Shown here: positions 29,217 to 41,087 of the stretch, one piece after another | Layout: each line of letters opens with the position of its first letter | Position numbering within the stretch: position 1 is the stretch's first letter | Origin: a bacterium | GTDB taxonomy: Bacteria; Myxococcota_A; UBA9160; UBA6930 | Length of the DNA stretch: 64,000 bases | Assembly: GCA_024228115.1 (NCBI GenBank) | Contig: JAAETT010000050.1 | Span: 16,750-80,749 of the forward strand | Reading direction: 5' to 3' | Program-made: the position numbers and the translations under genes | The notes under the pieces: generated by a model | What the model saw: the letters and a program-made list of their open reading frames with translations, nothing else | Databases searched by the model: none | What the model was told of the DNA's origin: nothing

Positions 29217-30980
29217 TCAAGGGCTCCAGTCGGGCTCGAGGATTCCGGCGAGGGCTTCGACGAGAGACGCATTGGGATACGGCTTGCGAAGGAAGGCCGT
29301 CGCGGGCTCGCGGATGAGGCCTTCGGCCGCGCGCTCTTCCTCGTAGCCGCTGCTCAGGAGGACGGGAAGAGATGGCCACCGCTCGCGAAGACGGATGTAG
29401 GTCTCGCTCCCGCTGAGTCCCGGCATGGTCATGTCGAGGACGACACCGTCCAGGCCGGTGACCGCAGCGGCTCTTTCGAGCGCCTTTTCCCCGTCGGAAG
29501 CCTCTTCCACGAAGCAGCCACGGCTCTCGAGGACGCGGCGCACGAAGCTGCGGATCGCGGCTTCGTCGTCGACGACGAGGATGCGACGCCCGGCGAGGAA
29601 TGGCAGATCGTCCTCACGCCCGGCGTCCCGCACCCTGTCCATCGAGGCGGGCAGGAAGAGCCGGAAGCACGACCCGCGCCCGAGGTCCGAATCGACGCTG
29701 AAGCCCCCGCCGTGGCTGCGCGCGATACCGAGCGCCGCGGCAAGCCCCAGCCCGCGGCCCTGGGGTTTCGTCGTGAAGAACGGATCGAAGACGTGAATCT
29801 GGTCCTCCTCCGCGATGCCGGCACCTGTATCTCGCACTTCGATGCACACGAAGGTCGCCGCCGGTCGGCTCTCGGGCGGCTCGAGCTGCCCCGCAGCGGC
29901 CCTGTCGAGCACCTCCATGCTCGTGCGGACGGAGATCTGGCCCCCGGAATCTGGCAGCGCCTCTCCCGCATTCAGGAGCAGGTTCATGACGATCTGCTGT
30001 AGCTGGGCTGCGTCGCCCCGGACCGTCGACTGCGCGGGATGCAAATCGCAAGTGAGCGAGGCCGAGGCGGGAAGAGAGGCCTCAACCAGCGCCAGGGTTG
30101 CACGCACCAACTCGTTCACGTCCAGCGGCTCGTCATCGAGGCGACTACCGCCCGCGTAGGAGAGGAGTTGCCCGGTCAGAAGTGCGGCCCTCTCTGCCGC
30201 CGTGATGACCTCCGCGAGATCGCCCTGCGCCGCCGAAGATTCCGGGAGATCACGGCGGGCGAACTCGGCATGCCCCAGGATGATCAACAGGAGGTTGTTG
30301 AAGTCGTGGGCGACGCCGCCGGCCATCCGCCCGAGGCTCTCGAGGTTCTGGGTCTTCAGGAGCGTCTCCTGCAGTCGCTCCTTTTCGGCCACCTCCAACT
30401 CGAGGGTCTCGATGCTCCGCTCGAGTTCCAACTGCCGGTTCTCGTTGTCCAGCTGCAGGGCGCCCAGCCGGTCCATGTAGAGCCGTCGCCAGATGTGGAT
30501 CACGATGGCAAGGACCCCGCTCGTCGTGAGCATGATGGCGGACTGCGCCCACTCCTCTGCCGACTCGCTCCTCGCGACGGTGGTGGCGACGACAGCAACC
30601 ACCCCCGCGCCCAACGCGCCGAGGAAGATGGACGAGGTCAGGAAGAAGGAGCCGCCGATGAGCACGAGAGCAAGGGCGTGAAGGTATTGGGGCTCCGGAA
30701 AGAGGAAGAGATAGATCGCGGTGTTCGCGAGCGTCGCAATGCCCAGGCCGAGCACGCAGGCATCCACGCTGGGTTGACGGGGTGGCTGGCGAATCCATCG
30801 GAAGCCGATACCCATCAGGACCGCTGCCGTCAGGGCGGCGGCGCCGCAGATCCACCAGGACGCGGGCGCGTCCACGGTCCGGCTGTGGATCCAGACCAAT
30901 GCGGCGTACCAGGCGCCGATGGCAAGCGCGGCCGCGCCGAGGGCGGAGCGAACCGAGGACACCATTGCCGGGACCTGCAT
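29217..30980 (-). CDS. Hybrid sensor histidine kinase / response regulator (multi-TM input)
   Basis: About six N-terminal TMs, coiled coil, HisKA H-box (GGVAHDFNNLL), HATPase (DTGAGI, GRGLGLA) and a C-terminal receiver (ILVVDDE...LDMTMPG). Start MQVPAM at 30980. Confidence 0.85.
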   Translation of the reverse strand: MQVPAMVSSVRSALGAAALAIGAWYAALVWIHSRTVDAPASWWICGAAALTAAVLMGIGFRWIRQPPRQPSVDACVLGLGIATLANTAIYLFLFPEPQYLHALALVLIGGSFFLTSSIFLGALGAGVVAVVATTVARSESAEEWAQSAIMLTTSGVLAIVIHIWRRLYMDRLGALQLDNENRQLELERSIETLELEVAEKERLQETLLKTQNLESLGRMAGGVAHDFNNLLLIILGHAEFARRDLPESSAAQGDLAEVITAAERAALLTGQLLSYAGGSRLDDEPLDVNELVRATLALVEASLPASASLTCDLHPAQSTVRGDAAQLQQIVMNLLLNAGEALPDSGGQISVRTSMEVLDRAAAGQLEPPESRPAATFVCIEVRDTGAGIAEEDQIHVFDPFFTTKPQGRGLGLAAALGIARSHGGGFSVDSDLGRGSCFRLFLPASMDRVRDAGREDDLPFLAGRRILVVDDEAAIRSFVRRVLESRGCFVEEASDGEKALERAAAVTGLDGVVLDMTMPGLSGSETYIRLRERWPSLPVLLSSGYEEERAAEGLIREPATAFLRKPYPNASLVEALAGILEPDWSP

Positions 30981-31146
30981 GGCGTTAGCATACGGCTCTG
31001 GGAATCCATTGCCGCAAAGATGTCCGGCAGTCGATGCTTCGGATTCGAGAGCAGCGACGTCCCCAAGGACCTGCTCCCACGGGCAGGGAACTCCCCTTGC
31101 CGAGGAGGCCCCTGCGGCGGAGCAGGCGCTACGATTGGCCCGCCCC

Positions 31147-32367
31147 ATGGAAAGCCCCACGATACCCGCCAACGTCTTCACGCCCGGCCGACTCGGCCCG
31201 CTGGCGCTGCGCAACCGCGTGGTCAAATGCGGTACGAACGAGGGCAAGGCAAGGGCCGGGCTCGTGACCGATCGCTTGATCGACTGGCATCGGGAGTTCG
31301 CCGCCGGCGGGGTCGGGATGTCGACGTTGGCCTACTGCTCGGTGTCGGCGGAGGGGCGGACGTTCGGGGATCAGATCTGGATGCGTGACGAGGCGGTGCC
31401 GGGGCTCCGGCGCTTCGCCGATGCCATGCATGCCGATGGGACCAAGGCCTCGATCCAGCTCGGACACGCGGGCTGGTTCGCGCATCCGCGGGCAACGGGG
31501 AAGAAGCCTGTCGGCCCCTCGGCGACTTTCAGCCCTCACGCCCTGCGTTTCGCACGTGCAATGAGCGAGACCGACTTCGAGCGCATGACCGGGGAGTACG
31601 GGCGGGCCACACAGTTGGCCGCGAGCGCGGGCTTCGACGCCGTGGAGATCCATCTCGGGCACGGCTATCTGCTGAGCCAGTTTCTCAGCCCGTTCAACAA
31701 CCGGCGCTCCGATCAGTGGGGCGGCAGTATCGAGAATCGCGCCCGCTTCCCGCGTCAGGTGCTGAACGCGGTGCGCGAAGCCGCGGGGCCGGACGTCGCG
31801 GTGTATCCGAAGCTCAACATGGACGACGGCTTCCGCGGCGGGCTCACGCTTGAAGAAGGGATCGAGGTCGCGCGGATGATCGAGTCGGACGGCAGTGTCG
31901 ACGCGTTGCAGCTCACGGGCGGGCATACGACCCAGACTCCGATGTATCTCATGCGCGGCGGGGTTCCGTTGCGCGAGATGATTCGTGGCGAGCGCGACTG
32001 GGTGCGGAAGTTCGGTATGGCGGTGTTCGGCAGAAAGCTGATTCGCGGCTATCCCTTCGAAGAGGCGTTCTTCCTGGAGAAGGCGCGACGCTTCAAGCAG
32101 GCCGTTCGGCTCCCGATCATGTTACTCGGCGGTGTCACGACCCTCGAGACCATGAACAATGCCATCGCCGAAGGCTTCGACTTCGTCGCGCTCGGGCGGG
32201 CGCTGATCTGCGAGCCCGATCTCGTCGAGAGCATGCGCTCGGGCCGAGCACTCGGATCGGCGTGCGACCACTGCAACCAGTGCATCGCCGAGATGGAACG
32301 CGAGGGCGGTGTGCGCTGCGTCCTGCACGATCAGCAGGGCTCGAAGCCGGTGCAGCCGAGCAGATAG
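31147..32367 (+). CDS. Old Yellow Enzyme-family NADH:flavin oxidoreductase
   Basis: OYE blocks (IQLGHAG, EIHLGHGYLLSQFLSPFNNRRSDQWGGSIENRARF). Confidence 0.85.
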   Translation: MESPTIPANVFTPGRLGPLALRNRVVKCGTNEGKARAGLVTDRLIDWHREFAAGGVGMSTLAYCSVSAEGRTFGDQIWMRDEAVPGLRRFADAMHADGTKASIQLGHAGWFAHPRATGKKPVGPSATFSPHALRFARAMSETDFERMTGEYGRATQLAASAGFDAVEIHLGHGYLLSQFLSPFNNRRSDQWGGSIENRARFPRQVLNAVREAAGPDVAVYPKLNMDDGFRGGLTLEEGIEVARMIESDGSVDALQLTGGHTTQTPMYLMRGGVPLREMIRGERDWVRKFGMAVFGRKLIRGYPFEEAFFLEKARRFKQAVRLPIMLLGGVTTLETMNNAIAEGFDFVALGRALICEPDLVESMRSGRALGSACDHCNQCIAEMEREGGVRCVLHDQQGSKPVQPSR

Positions 32368-32375
32368 AGGACGAC

Positions 32376-33110
32376 ATGGCGAAGGATCGAGGACCGGGGG
32401 ATGGCGCCGGCCGCACGGATTTCACGCCGCACTTCGACGCTGTGAAGACCACCGGCGCCGATGCCTGGGAGCAGAAGCGTCGGCTCGCCCAGGCGATGCG
32501 GCTGGTGATCGAGCGACTGGTCCCGAGCAACGCCCCGGCGGATGAGCTGCGAATCGCCGCCGAGCGCCTCGAGGCATACGCCGAGGCGTTGAAGGCACAT
32601 CCCCGACTGCTGCGGCAGCACGGACACGGTGAGTCGGCGAACTCCGGCGATGTCGGCGCCTTCTTCGATCAGAGCCCGCTCATCGGCCTCGCAAACCCGC
32701 TGGCGCCGCCGATCACCATCGGCAAGACGGGCGAGCGCACTGCGGCGGCCACTGTGACCTTCGGCTCCGCCTACGAGGGGCCGCCCGGCTCGGTCCACGG
32801 TGGCTACATCGCCGCGGCCTTCGACGAGGTGCTGGGTTTCGTCCAGTCGCTCTCCGGCAAGGGCGGTTTCACCGGGACGCTCACCATCAAGTACCGCAAG
32901 CCGACACCTCTCCACCAGGAGCTCTACTTCGAGGCGGGTATCAGCCGCATCGACGGCAAGAAGATCTTTGCCGAAGGGCGGCTCTATGCGGGCGATGTCT
33001 TGTGTGCCGAAGCCGAGGGAATCTTCATCAGTATCGACGAGGCCAGGATGGTCGAGCTGATGAAGCGGCGTGAGGCGTACGAAGCCCGCCACTCGCAATC
33101 GGGAGAGTGA
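32376..33110 (+). CDS. PaaI/YbgC-like hotdog thioesterase
   Basis: Core SVHGGYIAAAFDEVLG is typical of PaaI-type thioesterases. Confidence 0.65.
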   Translation: MAKDRGPGDGAGRTDFTPHFDAVKTTGADAWEQKRRLAQAMRLVIERLVPSNAPADELRIAAERLEAYAEALKAHPRLLRQHGHGESANSGDVGAFFDQSPLIGLANPLAPPITIGKTGERTAAATVTFGSAYEGPPGSVHGGYIAAAFDEVLGFVQSLSGKGGFTGTLTIKYRKPTPLHQELYFEAGISRIDGKKIFAEGRLYAGDVLCAEAEGIFISIDEARMVELMKRREAYEARHSQSGE

Positions 33111-33273
33111 GCGCCGCGTTGCCATTTCGCTTCCTGCGGGAAGCCCTGGCCTTCGATGGCTCGAGTCCGAGTTCTTCGAGTACGGTTCGCGGCGGCCACG
33201 TCCGGCAAGCCGCGAATGCGCCATTGTACTCGCTCGGATACCGCACCTAGACTGCTTCAGGGGGTCCACCGAG

Positions 33274-34278
33274 ATGCTTCGTGTGTTGCGCTGGCTGCTA
33301 TCCGGTCTGCTCGGACTGCTCGTCGTCGGCTTTGCAGTGCTGATGATCGGGGCCCGGGTCGGGCTCGACGGGGAGCGGCGCCATTCCGCGCACACCGCAG
33401 CCCTCCCCGTGGCGTCGCCGAGCAGTGACGACGGATTGGTCCGGGTTCGTGCGGGCGAGTTCGAGTTCCGCGCTCGGGTCGCCGGTCTCTCCAACACGGG
33501 ACCGCCACTGATCCTCCTTCACGGCTTTCCTGAGACCTCGGCGATGTGGAAGTCGCTTCTCCAGGAGGCAGCGTCTCTCGGCTATCGCGTCGTTGCGTTC
33601 GATCAACGCGGATACAGTCCCGGCGCGCGCCCGCAGAACGTCGAGGACTACCTCATCCCCAAGTTGGTCCGGGACGTGATCGATGTTGCCGATGCCTTCG
33701 GCTTCGAGCGCTTTCATCTCGTCGGGCATGATTGGGGTGCGGTCGTCGGCTGGTCGACTGTGGGCCAGCACCCGGACCGCATCCGATCCTGGACTGCGCT
33801 TTCGATCCCCCACTCCGGCGTCTTCGTGAAGGCCATGGAGAGGGATCTGCCGGCGTACATCGACGTCTTCAATCTCCGATTCCTCGCGGATGCGGTGTTC
33901 ACCTTCAACGGCCTCGCACTTCTGGATCGCACCGTCTTCTCGGCGCTTCCCGAAGGCGACGAGTACCTGGCCGTGCTCTCCGAACCCGGGGCGCTCTCCG
34001 CCGCGATCCACTGGTACCGGGCGCTGCGTCCGAGCATTCCAGCGGCAGCCGACATCCCGCTGGAGATCGATCTGCCCGTTCTCTTCATCGGTGGGGATCA
34101 GGACTATTGGCCGAATCGCCCCGAGCGTGCGCAACAAGCCGCCTTCATGAAGGGTCCTTTCACGGAACTGGATCTGGATGCCGGCCACTATCTCATGGCG
34201 GAACAGCCGGATGTCGTGATCGAGGCCGTCATCGCCCACCTCGGCCGAGTCGATGCGGGGCCGGCTCCGGGCCCCTGA
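33274..34278 (+). CDS. Alpha/beta hydrolase, epoxide-hydrolase/haloalkane-dehalogenase-like
   Basis: N-terminal TM, HGFPETSAMW oxyanion motif, GHDWGA nucleophile elbow. Confidence 0.8.
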   Translation: MLRVLRWLLSGLLGLLVVGFAVLMIGARVGLDGERRHSAHTAALPVASPSSDDGLVRVRAGEFEFRARVAGLSNTGPPLILLHGFPETSAMWKSLLQEAASLGYRVVAFDQRGYSPGARPQNVEDYLIPKLVRDVIDVADAFGFERFHLVGHDWGAVVGWSTVGQHPDRIRSWTALSIPHSGVFVKAMERDLPAYIDVFNLRFLADAVFTFNGLALLDRTVFSALPEGDEYLAVLSEPGALSAAIHWYRALRPSIPAAADIPLEIDLPVLFIGGDQDYWPNRPERAQQAAFMKGPFTELDLDAGHYLMAEQPDVVIEAVIAHLGRVDAGPAPGP

Positions 34279-34612
34279 ACCGCCGTCCACTCCGGTCGCT
34301 GAAAGCTCCTGGAGTCCGTTGTGGTCCCATCGCCGGAATTCCAATTGCACGGCAGGTCCGCACTTCGGTCCCTACACGACTACATCGGCGTGTATCGCTG
34401 CGAACCCCGTCAACGCGCAACGTCGGGGGCGACGATCGTTCTCACGAGTGAGGACGAATGGTATACGGCAACAGACCAGGTGCTGTCTCGATCGGTAGTT
34501 CGACCTCCCGACCGGCAAGGACGTGCAGACGCCCCGTGGAATGTCCACGCCATGGCGAGACAACCACGATGCTCTCTTTCCGGAGTAGGCGACTGGGTGC
34601 TAGCCTTTCCGC

Positions 34613-37288
<2,676 letters not shown>

Positions 37289-37479
37289 AGGACGAGCGCT
37301 GCTCCCGCTCCCACGGCTTCGATCCCACCGACGCCTTGGTGAGTTGGAAGGTCGTGTTGAACACCGCACTGGATGACCCGTCGTCGGGTCGAGCCGCACC
37401 ACGGTCCGGGCCGTTTCCGACCCGGTCCGAGGCGCGGCGCGCCCGAGTGCGGACGATCCCCAAGTGGCCCTTCTCGCTG

Positions 37480-38619
37480 CTAGGGGCCGATCGGTCCCGT
37501 TTTCTTGATCTGCTCCAGGTAGTCGTTGTCCCACTCGCCCTCGACGTTCACGTGGGCGGCGGCGCCCTTCAGCACGGCGTCGATCAGGTTGTGGTTCAGG
37601 TACACGTAGAGACCCGGCTGGACGAACTTGTAGAGCGCGGCGCCGGCGGAGCCACCGGCGATGAACCACGTCTCGAGGTCCGTCTGGGGCGGATCGGAGA
37701 AGGAGCCGCTGGCCCATACGTAATCGCCGTGGCCGCCGATCAGGTGGGGACGGGTGTCGCGGTTCGCCTGGGAGTGGAGGAAGAGCACCGTCTCCCCCAC
37801 CTTGGCCGTGAGCGAGCTCTCACCCGTGAGCGCGCCAACTGCGCCATTGAAGACGACGTGGCTGGGCTCGTTGGTCTTCATCACCTCGAGCGTCTCGGGC
37901 ATCGCTGCGGCCGGACCGTCGTACTCCTTGTACCTGCCGTCGATGCCCTTGGCGACGTAGAAGTCCTGCTCACCGATGTAGTAGGCCTTGTCGTAGCGCA
38001 GCGGCTTTCCGGAGCGATCCTTGAGGCCTTCGCGAGGCAGCACCATGATGGCGCCGTTCATTCCTGCGACCACGTGGTAGGGGATCATCGCGCCACCGGG
38101 CGCGCAGTGGTAGACGAACACTCCGACCTTGGTGGCCTTGAAGCGGATCGTGGCTTCCTGGCCAGGGTTCACCAGTGTCATGCCCGCACCGCCCAGGGCG
38201 CCGGTCACGGCGTGCAGATCGATGTTATGGCTCATGATGTTCGAAGAAGTACCCTCCCAACCCTCGCCCCCGGTGATCTCGCCGGCAGGGTTCACGAGTG
38301 TGAGCTCCACGTAGTCGCCCTCGTGCACCACGATCATCGGCCCGGGAACGCTGCCCTGGAAGGTCAGGGCGTTGAGCTTGGTGCCCGCACCGTCGATCAC
38401 CAACTCCCGCTCGACCACTTCGAGCCGGACCTCGACGATCACCGGATCGCCCTTCGCCACCTGGTCGTGCTTCGGCAGGAAAGGCGGCTTCACCATCACC
38501 TGATTCACCCGTCGCAGACCCTCGGCCTTCGAGGGCTTGTCCGCCGCAGCCGGGCCGACACCCACCACGAACGCAAGCGCCACGAGCACTGCGAGTCGAG
38601 TCATCGAGATTCTTCTCAT
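37480..38619 (-). CDS. nirK: Copper-containing nitrite reductase NirK
   Basis: Signal peptide. Cu ligand blocks [36 protein letters not shown] and [21 protein letters not shown]. The ATG at 38619 (GGAGGG SD) overlaps the SCO1 stop (ATGA). The 562-aa ORF in the track is an upstream extension. Confidence 0.93.
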   Translation of the reverse strand: MRRISMTRLAVLVALAFVVGVGPAAADKPSKAEGLRRVNQVMVKPPFLPKHDQVAKGDPVIVEVRLEVVERELVIDGAGTKLNALTFQGSVPGPMIVVHEGDYVELTLVNPAGEITGGEGWEGTSSNIMSHNIDLHAVTGALGGAGMTLVNPGQEATIRFKATKVGVFVYHCAPGGAMIPYHVVAGMNGAIMVLPREGLKDRSGKPLRYDKAYYIGEQDFYVAKGIDGRYKEYDGPAAAMPETLEVMKTNEPSHVVFNGAVGALTGESSLTAKVGETVLFLHSQANRDTRPHLIGGHGDYVWASGSFSDPPQTDLETWFIAGGSAGAALYKFVQPGLYVYLNHNLIDAVLKGAAAHVNVEGEWDNDYLEQIKKTGPIGP

Positions 38620-39368
38620 CCCTTTTTTCCCTCCGTGCCCTGATGTGCTCCATGGTTGGCGGGATCGTGTGGGCACGGTGCCCCGCCGGAACGGCACTTC
38701 GCATCGAGCGGAGCATTCGGGCTTCCCCCATCGGCAGGCGGGGCGTGTGCGGGCTCCTCGAGGAGCGCCAACACCGCCGCCTGCATCTCTTCCAGGGGTG
38801 AGCCGGTGAAGAACAGGGCTCGTGTGCGGCCCTGCTTGTCCAGCAGGTAGATCTGCTGGGAGTGCGAATACAGGTAGGCGCTCTTCACCGGTGTATGGGT
38901 CCGGTTGTGCTCGTTGCTGAGTTCCACGCCGTGGCTCCGGCTGTGGTCGACCATGAAGAGCTTTGCCAGCGCGTCTGCCTGCTCGCGCGTTCCAGTCAGC
39001 CCGATGAAGCGCGAATCGAACTGGGCCAGGTATGCGCGCAGGTGCTCCGGTGTATCGTTCTCCGGGTCTACCGTTGCCAGCAACACCTGCACGTCGTCGG
39101 CCCCCGCTCCGAGGCGCTTCATCAGGGTGTGAAGGTGAGAGAGCGTGGCGGGGCAGACGTCCTGACAACTCGTATAGCCGAAGAACAGCAGCACGCTCTT
39201 GCCACGAAATTCCGAGAGGGTGACGTCGCGGCCGAGGCTGCTAGGCGCAGAGAACTCGCCACCGACCCCGTCGTGGACGGCCAGCATCGGGGTGTCCTCG
39301 GCGAGAGCGCCCGTGACCCAGAGCGACGTTGCGAAGACGGTCGTCAGGTACAGGGATTTCCAGCGCAT
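38616..39368 (-). CDS. SCO1/SenC-family copper chaperone/thiol-disulfide protein with a Cys/His-rich C-terminal tail
   Basis: Signal peptide, CQDVCP (CxxxCP) motif, conserved downstream His region ([13 protein letters not shown]). Tail sequence [20 protein letters not shown]. Confidence 0.85.
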   Translation of the reverse strand: MRWKSLYLTTVFATSLWVTGALAEDTPMLAVHDGVGGEFSAPSSLGRDVTLSEFRGKSVLLFFGYTSCQDVCPATLSHLHTLMKRLGAGADDVQVLLATVDPENDTPEHLRAYLAQFDSRFIGLTGTREQADALAKLFMVDHSRSHGVELSNEHNRTHTPVKSAYLYSHSQQIYLLDKQGRTRALFFTGSPLEEMQAAVLALLEEPAHAPPADGGSPNAPLDAKCRSGGAPCPHDPANHGAHQGTEGKKG

Positions 39369-39381
39369 GGCGCCACTCCAA

Positions 39382-39942
39382 TCAGTAACAGGTGATCTGC
39401 GGGCCTGTTCCGGGAAAGGCGAGCAGTGGACGCTCCTCGATGCGGAGGATCACAGGCTCGTCGCTCGGGAGCATGCGCAGGAACCAGGTGTGCTCACGGC
39501 GAGCGACGTGGGGTGAGCCGCCGCCATCCCGTGTATGGCGGTCAAAGCGGAAGTGCGCGCGATAGAGGTGATCGCCGGCAGAAACGATGCGAACCGGGTC
39601 GATCCGGTACTCGCGCTCGGGGTGCTCCTGCAGTAGATGGGCGTGCCAGGCGTGCAGGTCTTCCGGAGTCCGAATCGTGCCGCCGACCAGATCGATCTCG
39701 AACGGAGGATCGGCCAGATGGCTCTCGAACGCCGTTTCTCCGGACGCACGCACTTCGAGAAGGGCGAACCATGTGTGCACCAGGGTTTCGATACGTTGCT
39801 CCGGAGCGCGCGCTGCCTTCACCGGGTGTGGGCGGACTGCACGGGTGCCCCCGGATGCAAGACAGCCCGATAGGCCTGGGAGCAAGCAAAGCAGGAGCAG
39901 GCTGGCCAAGGGCAGCTCGCGTGCTGGAGCGGGGCGTTGCAT
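39382..39942 (-). CDS. Lipoprotein, NTF2/SnoaL-like fold suspected
   Basis: Lipobox LSGC after a hydrophobic signal (start MQRPAP at 39942). About 160-aa mature part. Lies 13 nt upstream of the sco1-like gene. Confidence 0.55.
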   Translation of the reverse strand: MQRPAPARELPLASLLLLCLLPGLSGCLASGGTRAVRPHPVKAARAPEQRIETLVHTWFALLEVRASGETAFESHLADPPFEIDLVGGTIRTPEDLHAWHAHLLQEHPEREYRIDPVRIVSAGDHLYRAHFRFDRHTRDGGGSPHVARREHTWFLRMLPSDEPVILRIEERPLLAFPGTGPQITCY

Positions 39943-40194
39943 GGGTGGGCTTCTCTGCTCCGCACGCTGAGAGCTTCTGGCGTCTACCTTGGTCACTTTG
40001 CAGGAATTCCAATCGACGGAGAGGCCCTTTGCCCTAATATGGCACATCGGTGTGGCGCCGGGGTCAGTCAAACGACCGATGCCGCATCTCGGGCTCACGA
40101 ACTATCCACTGCGGAGCCCGTGGTGGCGCTTGGCCCTCCGCCGCGAGATCCGCTCGAGCTGAGGCTCGGCCGATCGCTGGCCACAGGTAGAACC

Positions 40195-40638
40195 ATGATC
40201 CTCTCCCAAACAGCTGAATACGCCCTCAGGGCGATGGCATGGCTGGCGATCATGCCGACGGGAGAGCCGATGCGCGTGAAGGATCTGTCGATCGCGACGG
40301 GTATCCCGAGCCACTACCTCTCGAAGGTGATGCGGCGCCTGGTGCTGGCCGGCCTGCTGACCTCGCAGAAGGGGCAGGGCGGCGGCTTCCTGCTCTCGAA
40401 GGCACCCGACGAGATCCCTTTCATCGACATCCTGACAGCGGTGGACGCCTACTCGACGGATGGACGCTGCGCCTTCGGTTGGGGGAAGTGCGACGCGGCT
40501 TATCCCTGTCCACTCCACGGCTCATGGAGCCGGCTGAACGAACAACTCCGGTCCTGGGCCGAGGGCACCACCCTGGCTGACATCGCGAAAGACGGGGTCG
40601 AGAACCGGGACCTCAGGGTGGCGAGGGCGGCGCGCTAG
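40195..40638 (+). CDS. Rrf2-family transcriptional regulator (NsrR/IscR-like, three-Cys cluster motif)
   Basis: wHTH N-terminus (MILSQTAEYALRAMAWLA...), GQGGGFLL motif, Cys triad C-x7-C-x5-C (CAFGWGKCDAAYPC). Confidence 0.85.
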   Translation: MILSQTAEYALRAMAWLAIMPTGEPMRVKDLSIATGIPSHYLSKVMRRLVLAGLLTSQKGQGGGFLLSKAPDEIPFIDILTAVDAYSTDGRCAFGWGKCDAAYPCPLHGSWSRLNEQLRSWAEGTTLADIAKDGVENRDLRVARAAR

Positions 40639-40957
40639 ACCCAGCGGAGCAACCGGCTCCAATCGCAGCCATGCGGTAGCACGGGTGTGCACCACTCGCG
40701 GGTTGCCGCTGAAGGCGGCCGAGCCGCATACGAAGGAGCCGTGCCCGCTCGGCCTCCCGTGCGCGGTCCTCGAGAGGAAAAGCGAGCAGAAACAGCGAAA
40801 TCGGGCCGCTCGCGAGGGCCTGCTGCGGGCCGCCAGATGTCGGCGTCTCCAGCCCTTACGGGTCTTTTCGCCGCATGTCCATGGGAGAGGCGTCCTCTTC
40901 CCTGGAGGAGCCAAGATCTGGCCAGGCGTTGGGCATGACGGACTCGTCAAGTTTTTT

Positions 40958-40989
40958 CAACCAAGTTGGTTGGCACCCGTCATATGACG
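40958..40989. promoter_or_regulatory. Two adjacent perfect palindromes in the leader of the Nod-like gene (candidate operators)
   Basis: CAACCAAgTTGGTTG (40958..40972, 7-1-7) and CGTCATATGACG (40978..40989, 12 bp), about 100-130 nt upstream of the ATG at 41088. Confidence 0.35.
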
Positions 40990-41087
40990 TACGCGGAGCG
41001 CCTTGAGGTGATTGTAGGCTCCGCGCTTGTAGGGACCACAAGTCGATAAAGAGATCTCTAGGTCGATAGATCAGACAGGAGTCTAGG

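Noticed and set aside
40971-40985. TGGCAC hexamer upstream of the Nod-like gene, as a sigma54 -24 element
   Set aside because: The position where the -12 TTGC should sit reads ATAT (TGGCACccgtcATAT), so it is not a sigma54 promoter. The hexamer overlaps the palindrome reported separately.
40685-40987. 100-aa and 83-aa + strand ORFs inside the Rrf2-to-nod intergenic region
   Set aside because: The translations are Arg/Pro/Ala-rich with no SD or motif. They are more likely non-coding leader sequence.
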